A DNA stretch of 63,250 nt, counting the filler. It is 5 parts of 5 records of this genome, joined end to end, with 100 filler letters (N's around TTAATTAATTAA, not from the genome) between each part and the next. Parts side by side here need not be neighbours in the genome. Positions count along the whole stretch, not along the records: positions 39,634 to 57,518 come from SRR22947725_826; 4 more parts are not named here. The stretch is one strand, 5' to 3'. Shown here in pieces: positions 39,636-49,831 of the stretch; the stretch's first letter is position 1, and each line of letters starts with the position of its first letter. The notes beneath the pieces were generated by a model. It was not told where the DNA came from. It searched no databases and saw nothing but the letters and a program-made list of their open reading frames with translations. The translations under genes and the position numbers were made by a program.

Positions 39636-42284
39636 ACATCTTTTTTTGACTACCTTCCAGAAAATTGCTTGATAGTTATAGACGGCGATACTAAAACAAA
39701 TGCGGAAAATTTTTGGTGTAATATTAAAAGTCGCTTTAAAGAATGTAATATTGATAGTAAAAACCCGGTTCTTCCTCCAGATGAGGTTTTTATTTCACCA
39801 TATGAAATTTTTGTAGCCTTAGAAAATTACCCATATAAAAAAATATATATAGAAAGAAACAGCTCAATTAAGTCTACTGATTCTTTTAGTCTAAATTTCC
39901 AGCCTATGCCGAATATTCCTGGTGATACCGATATATTAGATACACTAAAAAAACTGGAAGTCTTTTCAGGCAAAATTGATAATCGAATATTACTATGTGC
40001 AGAAACTAATGGCCGTAAGGAGGCTTTGGGTGACATATTGCAGAGTAATAAAATCAAATATTATGAAGCTGAAACTTGGGATGATTTTTTAAAAACGAAA
40101 GACAATATCTCAATAACAACCTACCCGATTGAAAGGGGGTTTCATTTAACTAGGCCTAATATTTTGTTGATAACAGAATCTGAATTATTTGGGCTTAAAA
40201 TTATACAAAATCGTCGTCGAGCAAGAAAATCAAGCCGTTCTGAACAAGCTATAAAAAATCTGTCGGAGCTAAGTATAGGCTCTCCAGTCGTTCATATAGA
40301 GCACGGTATTGGGAGATATTTAGGGCTTAAAACCATAAATACAAATAACTGGCCCCAGGAATTCCTGACTTTAGAATATGCGGATAAAGCTAAATTATAT
40401 GTACCTGTATCTTCTTTAAATCTAATTAATCGGTATAGCGGTGTAGAAGAAATTCAAGCACCTCTTCATAAGTTGGGTGGGGAACAGTGGATAAAATCGA
40501 AAGATAAGGCTCTTAAACAGATATCTGATACTGCTGTTGAGCTACTTGATATATATTCCTCAAGGGCTTCTAAAAAGGGGTTTGCATGCAAAGTTAATCC
40601 TGAAGCCTATCAGAATTTTTGTAACGATTTTCCTTATGAAGAAACACCAGATCAAATAGAAACAATCGAAGCAATGAAAAGAGACATGGTATCGGATCAA
40701 CCTATGGATCGACTTATTTGCGGCGATGTTGGTTTTGGTAAAACAGAGGTAGCTATGAGGGCAGCTTTCATTGCTGTATCTAGCGGAAAACAGGTTATTA
40801 TTCTTGTTCCTACTACCCTTTTGGTACATCAACATGTAGAAAATTTTAGGGATAGATTTGCTAATTTACCTATAGAAATAGGAGAACTGTCTAGATTTAT
40901 TTCAACAAAAAACCAGCAAGCTGTTTTTAAGGGTGCGAGTACAGGAAAAATAGACATTCTCATAGGAACACATAAGCTTTTGCATGCAAAGATTGACTTC
41001 AGAGATCTTGGGCTTCTTGTAATTGACGAAGAACATAGATTTGGTGTAAAACAAAAAGAGGCTATCAAAGAATTCAGGACAAATATAGATGTCCTTACTC
41101 TTACAGCAACACCAATACCAAGAACACTCAACCTCTCCATGTCTGGGATAAAAGACTTATCCATTATCGCAACTGCACCCGCAAAAAGATTGTCAGTAAA
41201 AACTTTCTTACGTGAAAAAAATTCTGATGTTATTCGTGAGGCTGTATTACGGGAAATATTAAGAGGTGGTCAGATTTTTTATGTGCACAATGAAGTTAGA
41301 ACTATAGAGCAAACAGCCGCCTGGCTGGCCGAGCTACTTCCGGAAGCAAGAGTAAATTTTGCACATGGTCAAATGCGGGAAAAAAATCTCGAATATGTAA
41401 TGTCTGATTTTTATCACCAACGGTTCAATGTTTTAGTGTGTAGCACTATAATTGAAAATGGAATTGATATACCAACTGCTAATACTATTTTGATAAGTAA
41501 GGCAGATAAATTTGGTCTCGCTCAACTCCACCAACTTAGAGGAAGAGTTGGTCGCTCTCATCATCAAGCATATGCATATTTACTAGTAACTGATATCAGA
41601 TCATTAACCTCTAACGCTTTTAAGCGCCTGGAGGCAATCAGGGACGCGAATCAACTTGGTTCGGGTTTCACATTAGCGACACACGATCTTGAGATTCGTG
41701 GAGCGGGAGAGCTTTTAGGAAAAGGACAAAGTGGTCACATACAATCAATAGGATTCACGCTTTATACTGAATTATTAGATAAGGCTGTCAAGGCCATACG
41801 GTCAGGTAAATCACCAAATCTATCAATGCTAGCTATCAATCCTGTTGAAATCAAACTTAATATACCTGCATTAATTCCTGAAGATTATCTTCCTGATGTT
41901 CATATGCGACTGATCCTCTATAAAAGAATAGCAAATTCTGATTCTGATAGTGAGCTCCGAGAACTTCAAGTTGAAATGATTGATCGCTTTGGATTAATTG
42001 ATGGCTACTTAAAAAATTTATTTAGCGTCACATCACTGAAACTGTATGCAAAAAAATTAGGTGTGACTAAGCTTGAGTTAGGAGATAAAAATGGAAGACT
42101 CGAGTTTGCATCAGATACATCCATAGATCCAAAAAATATTATCAATTTAGTGCAAAAAAAGCCTAATTTATTCAGATTTGATGGGCCCAGCGCATTAAAA
42201 TTTGATCTTGATATACTTACAGCAGATCAACGAATACTTAAGGCGAAGGATTTGCTAGATAGTCTAGCTCCAACGCTTGATTAA
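39636..42284 (+). CDS. mfd: Transcription-repair coupling factor (5' truncated)
   Basis: Frame open from contig start; VVHIEHGIGRY, CGDVGFGKTEVAMRA, DEEHRFG, ATPIPRTL, QLRGRVGRS, DLEIRGAGELLG. Confidence 0.97.
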   Translation, partial: TSFFDYLPENCLIVIDGDTKTNAENFWCNIKSRFKECNIDSKNPVLPPDEVFISPYEIFVALENYPYKKIYIERNSSIKSTDSFSLNFQPMPNIPGDTDILDTLKKLEVFSGKIDNRILLCAETNGRKEALGDILQSNKIKYYEAETWDDFLKTKDNISITTYPIERGFHLTRPNILLITESELFGLKIIQNRRRARKSSRSEQAIKNLSELSIGSPVVHIEHGIGRYLGLKTINTNNWPQEFLTLEYADKAKLYVPVSSLNLINRYSGVEEIQAPLHKLGGEQWIKSKDKALKQISDTAVELLDIYSSRASKKGFACKVNPEAYQNFCNDFPYEETPDQIETIEAMKRDMVSDQPMDRLICGDVGFGKTEVAMRAAFIAVSSGKQVIILVPTTLLVHQHVENFRDRFANLPIEIGELSRFISTKNQQAVFKGASTGKIDILIGTHKLLHAKIDFRDLGLLVIDEEHRFGVKQKEAIKEFRTNIDVLTLTATPIPRTLNLSMSGIKDLSIIATAPAKRLSVKTFLREKNSDVIREAVLREILRGGQIFYVHNEVRTIEQTAAWLAELLPEARVNFAHGQMREKNLEYVMSDFYHQRFNVLVCSTIIENGIDIPTANTILISKADKFGLAQLHQLRGRVGRSHHQAYAYLLVTDIRSLTSNAFKRLEAIRDANQLGSGFTLATHDLEIRGAGELLGKGQSGHIQSIGFTLYTELLDKAVKAIRSGKSPNLSMLAINPVEIKLNIPALIPEDYLPDVHMRLILYKRIANSDSDSELRELQVEMIDRFGLIDGYLKNLFSVTSLKLYAKKLGVTKLELGDKNGRLEFASDTSIDPKNIINLVQKKPNLFRFDGPSALKFDLDILTADQRILKAKDLLDSLAPTLD

Positions 42285-42325
42285 AATAAAAATTATAGCT
42301 CAAACTACTGCATAGGTTATTAATT

Positions 42326-43432
42326 TTAGTGGTCATATTTTTGTGAATCAGAAACCATATGTAAAGTTGAAGTTGGAAAAGCTATTTCTGCGCTATGTGA
42401 CGCTATGATGCTAGATACTTTAAGTAGAATATCTTGTTTAATTTCATGAAACTTAACCCACTTTGTAGTTTTAGTGAAAGTATAAATGAAAAAATCTGCT
42501 GACGAAGGAGCAAAAGAATCAAAGTTTACTATCAGTGTTTTATTCTTATCAATTTCATCATGCTCAACAAGCATTTTATGTACATCTGAAACTATTGCCT
42601 CCATTTTTGATAGATCATCATAACGAACACCAATTGTTTCATATATTCGTCTATTTAGCATTCTCGATGGATTTTCTAAAGATATGCTGTTGAATACAGA
42701 ATTTGGTATATATAAAGGACGCTGATCAAATGTTCTAATTCTTGTTAGACGCCAACCTATATCTTCGACTGTACCCTCAATCTCTTGATCGGGCGATCTT
42801 ACCCAATCTCCAACCTTAAAGGGCTGGTCAAAATATAACATCAAACCACCGAAGAAGTTTGCTAAAAGATCTTTAGCAGCAAAGCCAATCGCTAAGCCAC
42901 CAATTCCTCCAAATGCAAGCAATCCTGAAATACTATATCCAAATAGTTGCATAGCAATTAAAACTGCTGTGATGATTACGGAGAAACGCAGAAGTTTACC
43001 TACAGCTTTAACAGTTGTTTCATCACATGGCTCTGAGGTATATTCTATATCAGTTAAGTTATGCTCTACCCTTTTGATTAGATTGATCAAAAATAAAGCA
43101 CATAAGAAAATTATAGAGGCTCTATTTACTAAACTAATAAGATCCTGTAATTCAGAGCCTGCAGCTTTTAACGCTACGGATGCTGCCAAATTTATTCCAA
43201 TAATCCAAATAGCCCATACTGCTGGTCGTCTTGAAGCCTCGATAATTGCATCATCCCATACAGTTTTTGACTTTGAGGCATGCTTTTCGAGTATATTTAT
43301 GAATTTATTAACTAAGTATCCAACAATAAAAGAAAAAACAATAATTAGAAAAATCTCTAGTACCCAAAGATAGTAGCCACCTATTAATTTTTCACCTATT
43401 AAATTAATCAACCAGTTCTCTATAGCTGCCAT
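42326..43432 (-). CDS. Small-conductance mechanosensitive channel (MscS family)
   Basis: GLLAFGGIGGLAIGFAAKD, PFKVGDWV, EGTVEDIGWRLT, IPNS, IAFPT. Confidence 0.93.
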   Translation of the reverse strand: MAAIENWLINLIGEKLIGGYYLWVLEIFLIIVFSFIVGYLVNKFINILEKHASKSKTVWDDAIIEASRRPAVWAIWIIGINLAASVALKAAGSELQDLISLVNRASIIFLCALFLINLIKRVEHNLTDIEYTSEPCDETTVKAVGKLLRFSVIITAVLIAMQLFGYSISGLLAFGGIGGLAIGFAAKDLLANFFGGLMLYFDQPFKVGDWVRSPDQEIEGTVEDIGWRLTRIRTFDQRPLYIPNSVFNSISLENPSRMLNRRIYETIGVRYDDLSKMEAIVSDVHKMLVEHDEIDKNKTLIVNFDSFAPSSADFFIYTFTKTTKWVKFHEIKQDILLKVSSIIASHSAEIAFPTSTLHMVSDSQKYDH

Positions 43433-43466
43433 AAAAAAATCTCCAGTAACCGTATTAAAAACCTAA

Positions 43467-44474
43467 TTAGTCCGTAGAAATCGACTCAAAAAAAGCTTTA
43501 GTTGATATCCAGCGGTTATCAGAAACTAATTGCTTCCATGATAATTTTTTTCTATTCTTCATTCTGGACAATCTTAGCGATGACGTCCAGTTAGTTAATG
43601 CTAAATAATCTATTATCTCAATAACACCCTTTCGGTTATTGCAAACTAAAATCATATCGCAACCAGCATTAAGTGCAGATTTAGCTTTACTAATATAATC
43701 ACCAGCAACGTCAGCGCCTTTCATAGACAGATCATCACTAAAGATAACTCCATCAAATTTTAAATCTTGTCTCAAAATTTTATTTATCCATAATTTTGAA
43801 AAACCTACAGCATTCTTATCTACCTGAGGATAAATGATGTGCGCAGGCATAATCGCGTCTAAGCTGGCGGATAGCTTAGCAAAAGGTATAAGATCGCTGG
43901 ATAATAAATCTTTAATACTTCTAGCATCCACGGGAGTTTCAATATGACTATCCACTTCTACTCCACCATGACCTGGAAAGTGTTTACCAGTTGAAGCCAT
44001 GCCTGCTTCTTTCATACCTGATATAAAAAAACTTGCAGCTTCTACAGTCTTTCCGGGGTTTTCAGAGAAAGATCGGTCTGCAATCACTTCGCATGTATTT
44101 AAATCGAGGTCTAAAACTGGAGCGAAACTGAAGTCTATATCGCAAGCTATAAGCTCACAAGCCATCAACCATCCACAGTCCTTGATATACTTCTCTAATG
44201 GAGTGCCCAAAAAATTACCCAGAGTCTGCATTGGGGGAATTGGACTAAAATCTTTGATAAATCGCTGGACCCTACCCCCTTCTTGATCAACACATATCAG
44301 AATCTCTGGCCTAATATCTCTAATTTCAGATACGAGCGTCATCAGTTGCTTACGGTTTCTAAAATTTCTAGAAAAAAGTATCACGCCTCCAATAACTGGA
44401 GTTTCGAGCAACCTTTTTTCATCTAAGCATAATGAAAGGCCGCTCAAGTCGATTATTAAAGGCCCTATCGGCAT
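43467..44474 (-). CDS. nagZ: Beta-N-acetylhexosaminidase (GH3)
   Basis: GGVILFSRN, VDQEGGRVQR, KHFPGHG..DSH, FSDDLSM. Confidence 0.96.
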   Translation of the reverse strand: MPIGPLIIDLSGLSLCLDEKRLLETPVIGGVILFSRNFRNRKQLMTLVSEIRDIRPEILICVDQEGGRVQRFIKDFSPIPPMQTLGNFLGTPLEKYIKDCGWLMACELIACDIDFSFAPVLDLDLNTCEVIADRSFSENPGKTVEAASFFISGMKEAGMASTGKHFPGHGGVEVDSHIETPVDARSIKDLLSSDLIPFAKLSASLDAIMPAHIIYPQVDKNAVGFSKLWINKILRQDLKFDGVIFSDDLSMKGADVAGDYISKAKSALNAGCDMILVCNNRKGVIEIIDYLALTNWTSSLRLSRMKNRKKLSWKQLVSDNRWISTKAFFESISTD

Positions 44475-44678
44475 AATTTATACCTATTAAAAAAATATTA
44501 CCCTACAATCATAAACTAATATTTAAAAAAATTACTTATTAAATTACTTACTCATTTTTTGTAATTAAAAAATTGAAGTACCCTGTCCAATTTCTCTAAA
44601 AAACATGTACAAATAAAATATTTTTTAAAACGACAATTATTAAATAGATGTTGTTATTAATATAAATAAAACAATATA

Positions 44679-44694
44679 CTGTTGATAAATACAG
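44679..44694. promoter_or_regulatory. LexA operator (SOS box)
   Basis: CTGT-TGATAAAT-ACAG (CTGT-N8-ACAG) 64 nt upstream of lexA, inside a palindrome with 15-bp arms. Confidence 0.88.
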
Positions 44695-44758
44695 TATATT
44701 GTTTTGTAATACCTGCTAAATACCAAACTATGTGGTTTACTATAGATAAGGAGTTCCT

Positions 44759-45373
44759 ATGATCACCGCTTCACTTACAGCGAGACAGGAAGAGATTTTA
44801 AATTTAATAAAAACAAACATAAAAGCAACAGGTTATCCTCCAACAAGAGCAGAGATAGCTAATGAGCTTGGTTTTAAGTCACCCAACGCCGCTGAAGAAC
44901 ATTTAAAAGCCTTAGCGAGAAAAGGGGTAATTGAAATGATTAAGGGTACTTCACGTGGAATTCGTCTTCTTGATGAAGAACAAAATGGATTACCCCTAGT
45001 TGGCCATGTAGCTGCTGGCGAGGCAATACTTGCAATAGAGAATATAGAAGATTATATAGAGGTTACCCCTAATATGTTTTATCCAAAAGCAGACTTCTTT
45101 CTAAAAGTACGAGGTGCAAGTATGCGGAATATTGGGATAATGGACGGAGATCTACTTGCTGTTCATAAAACTAATATAGCAGAAAATGGAGAAATTGTAG
45201 TGGCAAGAATCGAAGACGAGGTAACGGTAAAAAGAATAAGAACGAATTCAGTAGCTCATGAAATTAAGTTAATGCCAGAAAATGATGATTTTAAACCAAT
45301 TAACGTGGATTTAAGAAAACAAAATTTTTCTATTGAGGGAATAAGTGTAGGGGTTCTAAGAACAAAAATATAA
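44759..45373 (+). CDS. lexA: SOS repressor LexA
   Basis: [26 protein letters not shown] cleavage site, GASM, VTVKR; RBS AAGGAG at 44748-44753. Confidence 0.97.
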   Translation: MITASLTARQEEILNLIKTNIKATGYPPTRAEIANELGFKSPNAAEEHLKALARKGVIEMIKGTSRGIRLLDEEQNGLPLVGHVAAGEAILAIENIEDYIEVTPNMFYPKADFFLKVRGASMRNIGIMDGDLLAVHKTNIAENGEIVVARIEDEVTVKRIRTNSVAHEIKLMPENDDFKPINVDLRKQNFSIEGISVGVLRTKI

Positions 45374-45378
45374 ATTTT

Positions 45379-45627
45379 TTAGTGGATTATTGTAGACATA
45401 TCAGGAGATTGATCATTCTCTTTTTTCTGCAAGATATCAAGATCCATTTTATCGAATAAATCAATACCAGCATCTATCATTGCCTTAGCAACATTTATTT
45501 TCGATTCCTCAGAGAAACCGTCGACTTCCTTTGAGAAAGAAATTCGGATTATCGGTTCATCGATATCATTATCTCTTTTGAGCGCGATATCTCCATTTGG
45601 CAGAACAACTATTTCAAAAAAAGACAT
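45379..45627 (-). CDS. Small acidic hypothetical protein
   Basis: 82-aa ORF FFEIV.LPNGDIALKR..EPIIRISFS..VAKAMIDAG; co-directional with the upstream genes. Confidence 0.7.
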   Translation of the reverse strand: MSFFEIVVLPNGDIALKRDNDIDEPIIRISFSKEVDGFSEESKINVAKAMIDAGIDLFDKMDLDILQKKENDQSPDMSTIIH

Positions 45628-45679
45628 TTGATTTTTCCATCAATTATAATTATGGATAATTTTAAAAACCCAATTTTTG

Positions 45680-46198
45680 TCAACATTCATACATAAGCTG
45701 GCGATTTCTATCTAATATTTCTGTGAAGTTTTTAACCCAAAATTCCAAATCAGTAAAATTTAAATACATAATATCATCTAATTGTTTTACCTCAAGGAGA
45801 GAAATAGAATGATCATTATTTTTTTTACTTATTGTTAACGGTGGTAAAGATATTTTTTTATGCTCGCTAAGAAGCTGGCTTAGCCAACTTTGCTTTTCCC
45901 CAAGCAGTAATTCTATCTCCTGTGACTCCGCCATACTCTTATTCGCAGAGCGAAGCACAACTTTTAGTTTCTTTAAAGAATCAATTGATTCAATATCCTT
46001 GCATTTATGAGCAAAAGCGATTTCTTTTAGATAATTAATATAAGCTGATTCAAGTTGGTAAATCACAGACTGCATAAAAGCTAATTCTAGCTGGGCATCA
46101 GTCTTTTTTTCTAATAATTTATTTTTCAAAATACCCTCACTCAGTAATATTTTACAGAGAGATATTTTTTGATTAACTATAGCAACGTAGGGATTCAT
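45680..46198 (-). CDS. Hypothetical protein (DUF6586-like)
   Basis: VNQKI..ILL, YLKEIA, SWLSQLL, terminal YEC; lies between topA and lexA as in pseudomonad-like genomes. Confidence 0.6.
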   Translation of the reverse strand: MNPYVAIVNQKISLCKILLSEGILKNKLLEKKTDAQLELAFMQSVIYQLESAYINYLKEIAFAHKCKDIESIDSLKKLKVVLRSANKSMAESQEIELLLGEKQSWLSQLLSEHKKISLPPLTISKKNNDHSISLLEVKQLDDIMYLNFTDLEFWVKNFTEILDRNRQLMYEC

Positions 46199-46265
46199 AT
46201 TAATCTTAATTAGTAAGGTTATCTTTAGAACTTTGATTTTAACAAAAAAATTGCAAGTAAAACCT

Positions 46266-48905
46266 CTATTTTTTGTTTGTTTTATGGTTATCCTCTATCT
46301 TCCATTGACCATCTTTAAATATTGCCTTCCATCCTGAAGGTTTACCATTTAACTCACTTTGCACGTAATGTTGCTTTTCTTTTCTGTTAAAGCGAACAAC
46401 TGTTTTGTTTCCGTTCGGATCTTCTTGAGGAGCATCAAATATATTACGATACTTAACATCGATTTCATCTTTATATTGTATGAGCTCACAAACAAGTGGA
46501 GCTCTTGTCTCTCGATGCTTTGGATATTGGCTAGCGGCAAGAAACATGCCTACTGCCCCATCACGAAGCACATAATGATCTTCAACTTTTATACATGCTA
46601 AATTTGGCATTGACACTGGATCCATTTTTGGAGGGGAAGGCTCTCCATTTCTCAAAAGCTTTCGGGTATTTTTACAACTATCACTTATACAACCAAAATA
46701 TTTTCCAAAACGGCCATCCTTCAAGTGCATACCCATACCGCATTTGTCACAAACCAGTGAGGGGCCGTCATACCCCTTGACTACAAATTTACCTTTTTCA
46801 ACCATAAAACCACTACAGGTTGGATTTTTTCCACAGACATATAGTTTTCTTGTTGTATCAACTAGGTAACTATCCATAGCAGTGTCACATAAGCCACAAC
46901 GATGTTTTTTCATTAACTGACGGGATTCAGCCTCATCATCTTCATCAATATTGACAATCTCTTCACCGGAACTCAGATTAAGGGTACCTTTACATCGCTC
47001 TTTTGGTGGTAACGTGTACCCAGAGCAACTCAAGAAGACTCCAGTAGATGCAGTTCTTACAGTCATAGGTCTATTACAAGCAGCTTCTTGGCACTTGATA
47101 TCAGTTAGAGTTGGCTCGTTAGGTCTCATACCACCTTTTTTGGACTCAGCATTAGATAAGCTTTTTGAAAAATCTGCGTAGAACTTATTTAAAACGTCTT
47201 TCCAGTCACGTTGCCCATTGGCAATATCATCTAAATGATTTTCCATTGCAGCAGTAAAGCCATAGTCCATGAGGTCTGTGAAACTTTCATTTAAACGAAC
47301 TGTAACAATATCTCCAATTTTTTCAGCATAAAAACGACGGTTTTCGACTCTCACATATCCTGCTTCTTGGATTCTTGAAATTATAGATGCATATGTAGAC
47401 GGTCTACCAATACCTAATTTTTCAAGCTCTTTAACTAAAGCAGCCTCAGAAAAACGTGGTGGCGGCTTTGTAAAATGCTGGAGAGGTATTAAGACATTAA
47501 GATCTAATATCTCTCCTACTTGAAGATCAGGAAGTTCTGAAGTGTCATCTTTTTTTCGCATCGCAGGCAATGCTTTTAAGTAGCCGTCAAACTTAATAAT
47601 ACGTCCTTTAGCTTTCATCTGAAATTCTGCAGAATCCACCGTGACAGTAGTGCTGGTAAATTTAGCTGGGGTCATTTGACAAGCAACGAACTGTTGCCAG
47701 ATAAGCTGGTAAAGTTGCTTGGCATCATCCATATCAATTAAGTCATTTGGCATGATATCGACATTAGAGGGTCTTATTGCCTCATGGGCCTCTTGTGCGC
47801 CAGATTTACTAGAATAAATATTTGGTTTTTCCGGTAAATAACTTTCACCAAAATTGCTTTGTATATAGTTTCTACAAGCAGATACAGCATCAATACTCAG
47901 ATTAATCGAATCTGTCCTCATATAGGTGATGTATCCACCAGCATATAATCGTTGAGCCATAGCCATAGTCTTTTTTACGCCATATCCAAGTCTTGTACTA
48001 GCAGCCTGTTGCAAGGTTGACGTTATGAAAGGCGCCGATGGTTTACTACCTGTAGGTTTATCCTCACGATCTGTTACAGTGTATGTTGCAGATTTAAGGG
48101 CCTCTAATGCCTCAAATGTTTGTTTTTTATCTTTTGGTAGAAATTTTTGTCCTGCTAATTTATTTATTTCAAATCGAATTATATCCCCAGAATTTGATTC
48201 AAGATCAGCATGAAGTGTCCAATATTCTTCTGGATCGAAGGCTCTAATTTCTCTCTCCCGAAGTACTATTAATTTGACTGCAACTGACTGGACGCGTCCG
48301 GCAGATAACCCTCTAGCAACTTTACTCCAAAGTAACGGTGAGATCATGAATCCAACGACTCTATCTAAAAAACGCCGGGCTTGTTGTGCATTCACACGAT
48401 CTAAATCTAATTCAGAGGGTTGTGAAAATGCTGCTTGAACAGCCTTTTTTGTTATTTCATTAAAAACTACTCTTTTGTAGCGATCTTCACTTCCACCAAT
48501 TATTTCCCGTAAATGCCAAGCTATCGCCTCACCCTCTCTGTCTAGATCTGTAGCTAGATAAATTGTGTCTACATTTTTTGCTAATTTTTTAAGCTCTGCT
48601 ACTACTTTTTCTTTACCGGATAGAATTTCATATTGGGCTTTCCAATCCTTTTCTGGATTTATACCCATAGAGTTGAACAATTTTTCACGTGCTTTTTTTG
48701 CTTTATGTGCAGCCTTTTTTTCTTCTGGAAGATTGCGGGTGATTGATGCGGCCTTGGCGCGCTCTGATGGACTGCTTGATGCAATATTCTTAGATACATC
48801 TCGAACATGACCAATACTTGATTTCACTATGTACTCAGACCCTAAGTATTTGTTAATAGTTTTTGCTTTAGCAGGTGATTCTACAATAACTAGTGATTTG
48901 GCCAT
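46266..48905 (-). CDS. topA: DNA topoisomerase I
   Basis: Likely start ATG 48905 ([17 protein letters not shown]); [37 protein letters not shown], zinc ribbons. Confidence 0.97.
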   Translation of the reverse strand: MAKSLVIVESPAKAKTINKYLGSEYIVKSSIGHVRDVSKNIASSSPSERAKAASITRNLPEEKKAAHKAKKAREKLFNSMGINPEKDWKAQYEILSGKEKVVAELKKLAKNVDTIYLATDLDREGEAIAWHLREIIGGSEDRYKRVVFNEITKKAVQAAFSQPSELDLDRVNAQQARRFLDRVVGFMISPLLWSKVARGLSAGRVQSVAVKLIVLREREIRAFDPEEYWTLHADLESNSGDIIRFEINKLAGQKFLPKDKKQTFEALEALKSATYTVTDREDKPTGSKPSAPFITSTLQQAASTRLGYGVKKTMAMAQRLYAGGYITYMRTDSINLSIDAVSACRNYIQSNFGESYLPEKPNIYSSKSGAQEAHEAIRPSNVDIMPNDLIDMDDAKQLYQLIWQQFVACQMTPAKFTSTTVTVDSAEFQMKAKGRIIKFDGYLKALPAMRKKDDTSELPDLQVGEILDLNVLIPLQHFTKPPPRFSEAALVKELEKLGIGRPSTYASIISRIQEAGYVRVENRRFYAEKIGDIVTVRLNESFTDLMDYGFTAAMENHLDDIANGQRDWKDVLNKFYADFSKSLSNAESKKGGMRPNEPTLTDIKCQEAACNRPMTVRTASTGVFLSCSGYTLPPKERCKGTLNLSSGEEIVNIDEDDEAESRQLMKKHRCGLCDTAMDSYLVDTTRKLYVCGKNPTCSGFMVEKGKFVVKGYDGPSLVCDKCGMGMHLKDGRFGKYFGCISDSCKNTRKLLRNGEPSPPKMDPVSMPNLACIKVEDHYVLRDGAVGMFLAASQYPKHRETRAPLVCELIQYKDEIDVKYRNIFDAPQEDPNGNKTVVRFNRKEKQHYVQSELNGKPSGWKAIFKDGQWKIEDNHKTNKK

Positions 48906-49143
48906 CGGATTATATTGCTCAATTAAATTTGTCGCAAAAAGGTCTTGTCTTGAATAAACCAACAAAAGAAGACCGCGTGCTTTTTACCTTGCTACCCTAT
49001 ATACATCTTGGCTAGCAATTACTCTTGATGCTTTAATTTCAAAATAATATGTTCGAAACTTCAATCTCATGTGGGGAATATACAGGTAGATATGGTAGGT
49101 TGGTCAAGTAGATTTATTCAATTGATAAAAAAAAATTTGTTAT

Positions 49144-49638
49144 TTAGTATCTGATGGCATTTCTCAGAGTGTACAATGACTCATAAATTCTCACTACATC
49201 CTCCTCCTCTCCCTCTTCTTTCCAGTAAATCATAATTCCATCTGATCTTGCTTGCAATGCAGAGATAGCAATAGGAAGATTTTTAAGTGTTAGATCTATA
49301 TCCTCGGTTATATCCTCGCAACATTGCTCGCCAAGCCAGTTCCACTCTAACCAAATAGAAGCCTCTCCTCTTTTTGTTGACTTTACCAATAACCAATCCT
49401 CCATATGTGGTTTAGAAGATTTTACAGAGTCAATATGCCATGACAATTTGTAAGTAATGCAATCTAGTCTCTTTTTCTCTAACTGGTTATCTGCTGACGT
49501 GCTTAACTGAACTGTCATTCCTAGATTAGCAGCTTTCTTTCTCATGCATATTAAAAGCTTTTGACGTGGAGATTGCCTAAACCACATTAATGGTGAAATA
49601 ATTATCAATAATACAAAAAAAATGAGCAGGTATGACAT
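49144..49638 (-). CDS. Hypothetical membrane-anchored protein
   Basis: N-terminal TM followed by SPLMWFRQSPRQK..MR..A; 164 aa. Confidence 0.7.
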   Translation of the reverse strand: MSYLLIFFVLLIIISPLMWFRQSPRQKLLICMRKKAANLGMTVQLSTSADNQLEKKRLDCITYKLSWHIDSVKSSKPHMEDWLLVKSTKRGEASIWLEWNWLGEQCCEDITEDIDLTLKNLPIAISALQARSDGIMIYWKEEGEEEDVVRIYESLYTLRNAIRY

Positions 49639-49831
49639 TATCTTCTCTTGTAAATTATATTTATTGGTAATAAAAATTTAAAATTTTAACTTTAACTTAA
49701 ATTTTTTAAATTATATGTATAAAAATTAAATCTTCTCTATTTAATATAGATTGTTGTAGCTATGATGTATATGAATAGAAATAAATTCAAATTTGGATTA
49801 TTTACTTATTTTACTAATATATGCTCTCATC

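Noticed and set aside
34745..48905. topB and topA, plus mfd, lexA, uvrC and radA, as a DNA repair island
   Set aside because: They lie on three different contigs from different organisms.
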